Positions 53,913 to 64,000 of a DNA stretch of 64,000 nucleotides are shown piece after piece. The notes below the pieces were generated by a model, which saw only the letters and a list, made by a program, of their open reading frames with translations, had not been told where the DNA came from and did no database searches. This DNA is from Dictyostelium discoideum (Eukaryota): positions 1,952,001 to 2,016,000 of the forward strand of contig CM000153.2 of assembly GCA_000004695.1 (NCBI GenBank), in the 5' to 3' direction. How positions within the stretch are numbered: position 1 is the first letter of the stretch; each line of letters starts with the position of its first letter. A program made the translations under genes and the position numbers.

Positions 53913-55284
53913 TTATGAGATATAAGCTCTTTTTAAATCTTCTAATTTATATTCATTACCTGATCTAGGATCAATAATTTTATCTTGTTTTTTATACATA
54001 TCAATGATTGCTCTTTTACTGAAAACATTACCATTTGGCAAAACCATTGGATAGTTATCTTCATTCATTATTTCACCAGTGATACGACAAACTAAACTTG
54101 AATGACTTTGTAATGATACTGGTAAAGAGGTAGCCAATGCTCTGAATGAAGGATCACACAATGGACAATTTACATTAAAAGTTGATTCATCACCACAAGA
54201 GGATGTCTTTAAAACCGATAAACCTGATTGTAGGGAAATATCCAACATTGATTTCGTAGACAATGAATGAAGTTGAAAATTGTCATTCTTAAATTGACAT
54301 ATCAATTCTGACCATTTCTTTGAATCAAACAATTTCTTATAACGATCACATGTTGTATCCTTTTTAAAAACAAGTGTTGCCGCTACCCTCTGTATCTCTT
54401 TCATATTTGTCGATGAGTTTGGTGATATATGAACTTTTGCATATGCAATAGCTTGCATCATCTTTCCTAATCTAACCAATTCTATAAACTCTTGAATCCT
54501 TAAATTAAACTCTAATGTACTATTTATCTTTTTTAATTTCGATTTATTTTCATTACACCAATTCAATGCTTCTGTACAATCAAATTTATTTAATCCTTCA
54601 ACCACTTTTTTTGATGATAAAAATATTTCAATATCAACAAAATCCTTTAATAAAATTTTTGAATAATAATAATATTAATATTAATATTAATATTAATATT
54701 AATTTATTTATTATATATATATATATATATTTAATTAAACTTACTTTAATTTTTAATTGATTTGAAAATTCAATTGCACTATCATAATAACCTTCTCTTA
54801 AAAAGTAATCAATTAAAATTCTATTTATTCTAGTATTATTAAAGATTTCACGATGATCTTTTTGATTTTGACAATTTGTAGCTATATTTAAATGAGAGAG
54901 ACGTGATTTCAATTTCTTTATTTGTTGTTCTTCCTCTAATTTGACATCTTCCATCTTTCTTTTTAATTGTTGTACTCTATTTAATAATTTATCAACGGTA
55001 TTGATCGCATCATCCTTTGAAATTGTTAATCTCTTTTTATTTATCTCTGTTATTTGTGTTATTACATTATTCATCTCCTTTTCAATCGATTTCTGTGATA
55101 TTCTAAATGATTTATTTATACATTCAAATGGTACCTTTAATAGTGACCTCTCCAATTGAATTTCCCCTATAATACTACAATCATTTGATGAAGAATTACT
55201 TGTTGTTGTTGTTGTTGCTGTTGTTGGTGATGTTATCGAAACATTTGTTTTTTTATTTGTATCTGTATTTGACATGTTTAACAT
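53913..55284 (-). CDS. maea: MAEA (macrophage erythroblast attacher / GID9-Fyv10-like) CTLH-complex RING-like E3 subunit; 2 exons: 55284..54745, 54644..53913 (about 423 aa)
   Basis: LKVPFECINKSFRISQKSIEKEMNNV (human MAEA [26 protein letters not shown]). LisH/CTLH: …[87 protein letters not shown] (MAEA …[57 protein letters not shown]). Degenerate RING: …NCPLCDPSF…HSSLVCRITGEIMNEDNYPMVLPNGNVFSKRAI (MAEA …CPVCSRSL…[33 protein letters not shown]). GTAAGT donor and tattaaag| acceptor. The intron carries (TTAATA)n. Confidence 0.8.
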
Positions 55285-55559
55285 ATAAATATTTTTTTTT
55301 TTTTTTTTTTTTTTTTTTGTCAGCCTAAATAAAAAAAAATATTAGAAAAAAAAAATAAAAAAATAAAAAAATCTTTTTTTTTTAAAATTTTTTATTTATT
55401 TAATTTTTATTATTATTATAATTAATTTTATTTTTTTTTTTTAAAATTTTCATTTTTTCAATTTTTTTTTTTAATTAATTTTTATTTTATTTTATTTTTT
55501 TAATTAATTTTTTAATTTATTTTTTTATTTTTTTATTTTTTTTATAACACTATTCATTT

Positions 55560-56163
55560 ATTTTGGTTTAATCAATTTGTTCAAGTATTCCTCTCAATTA
55601 CTCTATTCCCTGGTGATGTCAGTTAATTGTTATGGTGCTTGGTTACTGTAGCTAAATGTTTGCTAACCATGAGACATAACCAGAGTATATCAAAGGGCTT
55701 ATTATTATAGTAGCAGAGTAAAGCCTCTGGATTTGATGGATCAGATGATATTGGCTTTTTTTAGTNNNNNNNNNNNNNNNNNNNNNNNNNNNNNNNNNNN
55801 NNNNNNNNNNNNNNNNNNNNNNNNNNNNNNNNNNNNNNNNNNNNNNNNNNNNNNNNNNNNNNNNNTAAAAAAAAAAAAAAAAAAATTAATACCCAGGTTT
55901 CGTCATCATTCAAAAACTATTATTGTAATAGTTTTTTACGTTTTTTTTTTAAATTTCAGAGATATATGCAAATATTCATCAAAGAATCTTTTTTTTTTTT
56001 TTTTAATTTTTTTTTTTTTTAATTTTTTTTTTTTTTAATTTTTTTTTTTTTTTTTTTATTTTCTTTTGTAAGTTCTAAAAATCTTTCAATTTTATCAACT
56101 TTATTTTTTAAACAGTTGTTATAATAAAAAATGTAGGTATAATTTCATTTAATATTACATGTT

Positions 56164-56197
<34 letters not shown>

Positions 56198-57890
56198 CTT
56201 ATAAAGTTTTTATTAAAAATAGAATTTATAGATAAAATGTTAATTGCATATGCAGAAAGTCTACATACCGGAGTTCAACCAGATATTACTTATTTAACTT
56301 TACTTAAAGGTTTTGGTTTTGATTCAAATTGTAAATGGACATTACTAGACAATTCAAAAAATGATGTAAATTTAAATTCTAAAATTTCACCTGGCGAATA
56401 TAAATTTGGTAGTTGTGGTGACATTGGTTTAATAATGTTAAATATTAAAAAATAATAATTTAAATAAAATAAATAAATAATTTGGTATGTGTGTGTGGTG
56501 TATACCACACATCATTGCTTTTTCAGATTATTTGGGTGTGTTCCTCCTCTCCATCAAAATCTTTAATAAACTTCAACAAATAATATTTATTCTTTCCAAC
56601 ATAAAATCCAAACTTTTTTTTTTTTTAATTTTTTTTTTATTTTTTTTATTTTTTTTTTCTTTTTTTTTTTCTTTTTTTTTTTTCATGGTCCAACCAAGAC
56701 TCATCCAAAAGAAAAAATAAAAATTAGTCAAAAAAAAGTCTTAAGTTCAACTTTTCCCATTTTTTTTTGGCATCACCATGGGTTTTTTAATTTATTTTTT
56801 ATTAATTTTTTATCTTTTTTTTATCTTTTTTTTTTTTGATATTTAAATTTGTTTTTTTTTTTTTATTTCATTCCTCAATTCAACAAAACATTAAACTCAT
56901 TAAACAAATGTAATAAAAAACATTTAACGCATTAAAAAATTTTTTTTTTTTTTATTTAGCCAACTCAAAGAAGTTCTTTGATGTAAACTTGATGAATCAT
57001 CATCTCGATACGAATCGAATCAAGTAACCTCCAAATAGAGTAGAAGTATTCCACAATTGACACGAGGCTTTTTTAGGCACCCACCCAAATGTTCAGGCTC
57101 CATCTCAATTGCTTGTGCGTCTTCAACATGTTACTGGCTAGGATTTGTTGTGTACCCACTCTCTCGATCAAGTAATCTGCATATCTAGTGATGGCTTCTA
57201 ATTAACCCGGTGCTTTGCCTTCTACCCAACGATTGCTAACCAGTGATCCGTTGAAATAGTATTTATACTGCTCAAAAGGATCGATATGGAAAGGGTCAAC
57301 AAAATAAATCTTGTCCTTTTTATTTATACTGCTCAAAAGGATCGATATGAAAAGGGTCAAGATCATCAAATCCAGAAGCCTTACTTGGCCGCCACAACGA
57401 CTATTGACATTCTTAAGTGTTGAACAAAGAAACAAAGTCTCAGAAATATGAAATGTTCAAGCAAGAACTCTAACAAGTACTGTGCCATCTCATATTTTTG
57501 AGATTTTTGTTTTTTCGATCAACTATTGGGAATGTTGTTGGTCATTGTCTCTTTCAAAGAGCAATTGCTCACAACCTTTCATTACCGGCTTGGATCTGCC
57601 TGTACCCACTCTCTCGATCAAGTACTATGTATATCTATTGATGGCTGCTAATTGATCTGGTGCTTTGCATACTACACAATGTTTTCAAACTCATAAAGGT
57701 GGTAACCAGCAAACCCAGAGGCTTTACTCTCCTACTATAATGACTTTTGACATATTCAAGTGTTGAAGAAAGAAACAAAGTCTCAGAAATATGAAATGTT
57801 GAAGCAAGAACTGTTATGAGTACTGTACCATCTCATATTTTTGAGATTTTCGTTTTTTCGATCAACTATTGGCCAACAAAATTTAAAATA
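55560..57890. mobile_element. Composite interspersed repeat / probable transposable-element remnant with internal duplications, interrupted by an assembly gap (55766..55865)
   Basis: GC-richer non-coding blocks at 55560-55765 and 56950-57890. Within 57140-57890 a ~230-450-bp unit is duplicated in direct orientation: 57147-57215 ≈ 57600-57680 (TGTACCCACTCTCTCGATCAAGTA…GGTGCTTTGC…), 57424-57535 ≈ 57765-57885 (GAACAAAGAAACAAAGTCTCAGAAATATGAAATGTTCAAGCAAGAACT…CATCTCATATTTTTGAGATTTT…TTTTTTCGATCAACTATTGG), plus a local 55-bp tandem duplication (57262-57318 / 57320-57362). The motif CCAGAGGCTTTACTCT(C/G)CTACTATAAT at 57711-57738 recurs inverted at 55700-55745, next to the gap. I found no intact transposase or RT ORF and no tRNA gene nearby. 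Confidence 0.4.
55766..55865. other. Assembly gap (100 N)
   Basis: Run of n. ORF 55733..56038 spanning it (XXXX) is an artefact. Confidence 0.95.
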
Positions 57891-58249
57891 AATAAAATTT
57901 ATTCTAATACATAAAATCTTGTCCTTTTTATAAAATTATTTTTTTTTTTTTTTTTTTCTAAATAATATAATTATATATAATTATAATTATTTTTTTTATT
58001 TTTTTATTTCAAGTGTAAGTAAATAATTATATTAATAATAAACAAACTAATTTTTAAATAAATAAATAAATAAACATTCAAACAAATAAATAATTAGATA
58101 AATAAATAAATAAAAATAAATAAATAAATAATATTTAAATAAACAAATAAAAAATTTTATTTGTTTATTTATTTAAATATTTTGTTTAGAATTTTTTTTT
58201 TTTTATTATTATTTTATTATTATTATTTATTGTTATTATTATTTTTTTT

Positions 58250-58689
58250 TTATTCATAAGATAAAATATTTAAAATATAATTTGCAAATGGTACAAGAGT
58301 TCTAATGACAGAGTTTGAAAAGAATTCAAATTCTACCAATGGTGATAAAAAGTTTTCTGATTCATTAAAGAAATCTTGATATGGTGAATAGATATTATTG
58401 GTTGATTTCTTTTTCAAATCAACGAGACTATCAGTGATTTGATTTAATAATTGAACATCTTTGATTGTTTTTTCACCATCTTTTTCTTTTCTTTGAACCA
58501 ATATTCTCTGTAAATATAATAAACATGCTCTTGCTGCTAAATGAGTCTGTACCATTATTGTCTTTTGTTTATTTGAAAATAATGATGTTATCTTATTACC
58601 AGCTGTTCCAAAATATGATGATATTGAATCTTTAAAATCTGAAATCTAATAAAAATAAAAATTATTAATAACTTTTTCCAAAATATTGA

Positions 58690-58748
<59 letters not shown>

Positions 58749-61700
58749 ACTTACAGATTGAATTAAATGTTTATTTTTAAAACTTGATTGAGATTGATTT
58801 TCAATTAATTTAATTACCAACATCCAAGATAACCAAAGTTCATATTCATGATTATTTCTAAAGGTAATATTAATTACATCTTGAATGAATTCAGAAAGAT
58901 TTAAAGTATCATTACGTTGACTTTGAATGGCTATAATATACATTAATAAATGACAATTCTCTTGGATACAAGTTTTCAATAATCTTGAAGGATTTTCATG
59001 ATTATTTGGGAAAATCAAGTATTTATTAATGAGATTTGTATTGTTTGTACCAGTGGAATTACTATTTTCATCACCTTCACCACCACCAATTCCCATTGAT
59101 TTATTGGTATCGATTGAGTAGAAAGATCTTAGAATATTATCAATGACTTTACAATAGTTAGACAATGATTGATTTAAAGTTAAATGAGCACAAGACATAA
59201 TTTGTAAACATAGATTAATTGAACATGAAGAACAGAATTGTAAGATTAAAGCAGAGATTTTACCATAGAGTTCTTTATTGGCATGATTATCATTTGAAAG
59301 ACCACTAATTGGGAAAATTGCAAATTTAATTAAACTTCTCATTGGATAAGAGATATCATCCAAACAAGATAATGTAACCTTTAATATTGATTTCATACGT
59401 TGTTGTGCACCAGAGATTTCAGTTGGTGAATTCTTTAAGATTTGATTATCGGCCAATGATCTAATCAATGGTAATAGAATTGTTTTCAATAATGATTCTT
59501 GCTCGGTATACTCTAAATGCCAATAGTTGGTTGGTGTTTGAATCACTAAATAAATCAATGACCTAATTTCCAATGCCAATGCAGTCGCTAAAGAATAATT
59601 ATCCAATAGTAGAGTTATATCTTTGAAAAGTGTTAAACAACTCATTATCAATTGATTTGGAGATTGTTGTTGACTTGATTGTACCAATGATGAACGAGTT
59701 AACAATTTAACGAATGAAGAACCATCGAAAATTAAGGAAGCCTCTGAAAGATCACCACATTTAAACCAATCTAAATTACCATCGGTTGCCAAGGATAATT
59801 TAAACTCTGGTGAAGTGATATTTGTGCCATTGACTATTGAAATGTACATACAAAGTTTCAAATAATTCAATGCTGTTTTATTTGATATTTTCGATTGTTT
59901 AAATAATAAACTCCAATCTAATATTGAAAATAATATTACCACAACATTACCAAATATAGTTTCCGATAGGATATAATTCATTTGTTCCAATGTATCACTA
60001 CTAATAATATGAAATACAGCCGATGATAAATGACCATCAATTGCCAACATACCAAAGAAATTAGTTATTGCATCTAAATATTGATTCTCAATCTCTTGAT
60101 CCATTAAATAGTGTTGATGTTGTTCTTGTTGTTTTTGTAATTGTTTTTCATAATTATCAGATGAGATTGAAGTTGGTGAATTTGAAATACTTGGTGACAT
60201 TATTGGTGAATTATTATTTGTAAATGATTCTAATAATGGTACATAAGAATTATAAAATACATCCCATAATAAATTTATACTCTTTGGTACCAACTTAATT
60301 AAATTTGTTAATAAATTAATTGATAATTTAAAATCTTGAATTGAAATTAATAAATTCTTATTATTATTACTTCCACCTTGTTGAACTATAGTAGATTTAA
60401 TTGAATTAATAATTGCATCTCTTGTATTATTTAAATGACCATCCAATGATTGAGAGGTAATAAATTCATAAGATAAAATATTATTTAATAAGAAAATGGT
60501 AGTGATTGAAGGAATCGCTGATTTTGGATTAGTTAAATAATCAATCATACTTGAAAGTTGCATTGTTCTTTGTTGTTGTAAATTTTCATTATCTTTGATT
60601 GCTTGATTTTGAAGAATTTCTTTATAAAATATTGATTGTTTACCATTAATAATATTACAAATTAATAATTGTGATTTTGTATCTTTTAAATAGTTATTAT
60701 TATTATTATTATTATTTAAATGATCATTATTATTATTATTATTATTAAAACTATCTAAAATAATATCAAAAATATTAAATATTAAAATCATATCATTTCT
60801 TAATAATTGGGAAGTAATTAATTCTACAACATCAATTAAAACTGGTAATTGAATACATAATTGTAATAAATTAAGTAAACAATTTTTACCATTGTTTAAT
60901 TGTAAAATCAATGGTATTCTTTCATCCAATTTGAATGATAAAATTATTTTCTTTAAATCACTCTCTTTTGATAATAAAGTTGGTAAAGTTGTTATAACTC
61001 TTTGGAAAATATCAATATATTCATGAATATCTGATATTTTACTTGGTTGAAATAATTGAATGAAAATTGAATAATCTTTTACACTATCAATATTTTCAAC
61101 TTTATCTTTTTGTGATTGGCCACCACCACCACTATTTGTAATTGTTTTTGATGAAGATTTCTTTAAATTATTTGAAGCTTGTGATGGTAGCATTGGTAAA
61201 AATGTATCAATTAAAAAGAATTGATTATCATTATTTTCATTAATTAAAATTTTACCAATCTTTAAAGTAATCTCTGTAAAGAAAGGTATGAAAATTGATT
61301 TATGAATTGAATCTTGATAATCAGACATTAGGGATATTAAAAATTTGAAAAGGTTCTCTTTTTGTTGATACTTTTTAAATTGTGAAATGAATTGATTATC
61401 TTCCATCATACTTGAGAGAATTGTTAATTGATGAACTTTTTCGAAAAAGTTATAATAATCATCAGAGAATTGTTTTCTATTTTCAGAGATTTTCAATGCA
61501 ACATCTTCATTGTTTATAGATTTCTTTAGTTTTAATGTCATCTCAACACCAATACATCTTGAATAAGAGCATTTAATTATTTGAGTGATTTCATTGATTT
61601 CAGTTGTATATAACTTTTCACTTTTACTTAAAAATTCTTTATCATCTTGTAAAATCGATCTTGATAATGATTTACTTTGACCTAAATATTGTCTAATATC

Positions 61701-64000
61701 TCTAAAGAATTTAATTGAATCAACAGTTTGTAAATCATGACCATTATTATCTAATTCTTTTTTAATATTATTACATGTATTTTTAAAATTTAAATATTTT
61801 TTATATTCTTCATTATTATCATTAAAATTATTAATTTGTTGTTTTTGTTGAGGTTGCTGTTGAGATTGTTGTTGTTGTTGTTGTGATGGTTGTTGTTCTT
61901 TTTTAATATTTAAATATTGTAAAATTATTTGGTCTGGTGATAAATTTAAATTTTGATTTTTTAACCATTGTTTTTGATTAATATCATATTTCTTTAAATC
62001 AATATGATCAGATAATTCATATGGAAGATTATTTGATAATAGTAAATTATATAATTGTACATTTTGAGGATGAATTAATCTTTTATTGAATGGTAGAGTT
62101 GATTGTAAATTCCAAAGTTCAAATGATTCGAAAATTCTTTTAATTATTGGATTAATTGGACCTTTATAAGATGATTTAGTGTATGGATGTACTGCTGATG
62201 AAATTAAATGATTCTTAAAATCTGTACTTAGCGTTTCAACACCTTTACTACCAATGATACCATCATAATAGATTACCCAAAAATGTTCCCAAAATATCAT
62301 AGAGATTGGTTCTGTCTTTAAACTCATTGCTAAATCCTTTAACAATACCAATGATTCCTTTCTAGTTGATGATGAAACATTTTGTTTACCTCTAGTATAA
62401 GCTCTTGCTAAAAAATAAACTAACCATGGTCTTCTTTCAACTAATTTTAATAATACTTTACTATTTGGAACTATATTTGGTGTATCTTGTAATAATGAAT
62501 CAATAATTTCATTAACTAAATCATTATTATTATTATTATTATTACTTTGTTGTTGTTGTTGTTGTTGATTTGATGAATTCATTGTTGAAGAATTTAAAGA
62601 TAATTTTAAAGATTTAAAGAAAGAAGAAGCAAATAAATTATTTAAGATTGCCATATTCTCTTCAGAATTAATATTTGATTTCATTAGGTAAACCCATGAA
62701 GTTATGTTCTTTATTAATGAATGATCAGTAAAGAATTGTGGTGATGATTGAATGAACCAAATCTTTAATGTATCCAATAAGACATTGAAACCAATAGAGA
62801 AATCATTCTTTGATAATGTAACCATTTTAAAGATTTCATCAACTTCACTTTGTACAATGAATGGAGTTGATCTGAAAATGTAAATAACTGAACATAGAAT
62901 ACTTGAAGTAAATTCAAAACCGTATGGGTTATTATTATTATTACAAATTTGATTAATTTTTGGCATAGTTTGAGTTAGAATATTATAAGCTTCTTGAATA
63001 TTTGAATCTACCATTTCAATATAGTAATTTGCAAGTTGTAATGATAATAAAATTTGAATAAATAAAAATAAACCATTATCATTTTTAAAATCTAAACTAT
63101 TGAAATCAATATGTATCATTTGTTTTATCATTTGTACATTTGTTTCATTTGATAATAATATTTTTGATCTTAATAAAAATTTAATAATATTTCTAATTGG
63201 ATTACTAAAAGCTTGTATTGGTTGTTGTTGTTGTGGTTGTGGTGGTTCTTTTAAAACTGATAAATGTTTACGTGAACCTAATAAAAATAATATAATTTTT
63301 AATTTTGAAATTGATGAAACTTTATTCCAATTGGTTGTTGATAATACTTTAAAAACTACATCAGATGCAATTGAAACATTTTGATAATTAATTCTATACT
63401 GTTCCATTTCATTTGCTTGAGATGTAAATAATAATGGTTCAATCACTAAATTCATTAAACAATCTGGTTGAATGAATTCATTATCCATTAAAGTTGGTAT
63501 CATTTTATGTGATAAAATTAATGCTAACCAATGAATACCATCACCAGACATATCCCAAAAATATAATGGATTATTATAATTACCACTTGATAATGGATCA
63601 ATACCACTGCTATTGCTACTACTACTACTACTACTACTATTACTTGGACGAATAAATGATGTAAAAGATTCAATATCTAAATATAATAAATTTTGAGAAA
63701 CATTAAACATGAATCTATTTACTAAATGTGGTTGACTTTGTAATAATATAAATAATTGATTAAAAATTTCAGATTTAAAAATTGGATATAAATTTTGAAT
63801 TACATTAGAGGTTGCACTATCAACACTACCATTTAAATAATTTTGTGATCTTGATACAAATGCAAAATAAAATAATTCATCAAATATTAATCTTGATAAA
63901 TTAAATTTTAAACCACCATCAAGTTGTAATGATTCCTCATCTTGTTGTTGTTGTTGTTGTTGCTGTTGTTGCTGATTAAGATTATATTGATTTGAAAATT
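58250..64000 (-). CDS. Very large alpha-helical protein (>1,780 aa in window; 5'-partial, N-terminus lies beyond 64000); last two exons: 64000..58755 and 58645..58250
   Basis: The minus-strand frame is open from the window edge through 58755 (the track's ORF 58740..63710 begins at an internal Met, and the upstream 290 nt are in frame with no stop). A GTAAGT donor (rc 58749-58754) and ttattag| acceptor (rc 58646-58652) join in phase 0 to ISDFKDSISSYFGTAGNKITSLFSNKQKTIMVQTHLAARACLLYLQRILVQRK…NILSYE*. The protein is mostly non-repetitive helical sequence with poly-N/poly-Q inserts and resembles a HEAT/ARM-type scaffold. No confident family assignment. Confidence 0.7.

Noticed and set aside
56159-56455. 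98-aa ORF inside the repeat block (MLIAYAESLHTGVQPDITYLTLLKGFGFDSNCKW…)
   Set aside because: No start context or homology. It lies in AT-rich filler between repeat segments. Insufficient support to call a gene or a transposon ORF.

Overview
This 64 kb window is eukaryotic nuclear DNA with the hallmarks of a dictyostelid social amoeba (Dictyostelium discoideum-like). It is about 75-80% A+T with near-pure A/T intergenic and intronic DNA, very long poly(A)/poly(T) runs, (AAT)n/(ATT)n microsatellites, and coding homopolymer tracts (poly-N/Q/S/T). Introns are short (70-270 nt) with GTAAGT/GTATGT donors and AG acceptors. It is not a prokaryotic or phage locus, so I found no CRISPR array, operon, defence island or similar 'system'. 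The window is a fairly ordinary gene-dense chromosomal stretch (about 27 protein-coding genes, most with 1-4 small introns that I reconstructed by hand from the six-frame track). Recognisable genes, in order: a SAM-methyltransferase, PHF5A/SF3b14b, mitochondrial ribosomal protein uL15, regA, an ERG4/ERG24-family sterol reductase, a P4Hc-type 2OG oxygenase, an ING-family PHD protein, proteasome ATPase PSMC3/Rpt5, XPF/ERCC4, Mediator subunit MED6, polyprenol reductase SRD5A3/Dfg10, an SDR oxidoreductase, a bacterial-type uridine phosphorylase, N-acetylglucosamine kinase, a large low-complexity protein with a possible AF4/FMR2-like C-terminal domain, GPI mannosyltransferase PIG-B, a BRCT protein, a C2+LRR protein, MAEA (CTLH E3 ligase) and a >1,700-aa protein that runs off the window end. 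Several orphan or low-complexity genes sit between these. Two runs of N (49303-49401, 55766-55865) are assembly gaps; the second lies inside a composite, internally duplicated repeat that looks like a transposable-element remnant. The points worth a second look are modest: the bacterial-type Udp gene (a possible horizontal transfer), the possible AFF-like protein, the repeat remnant, a thrice-repeated motif between PSMC3 and ERCC4, and some unresolved gene models. Note that the ORF track uses TTG/GTG/CTG as starts and prints them as M; I anchored gene models on ATG plus splice logic instead.
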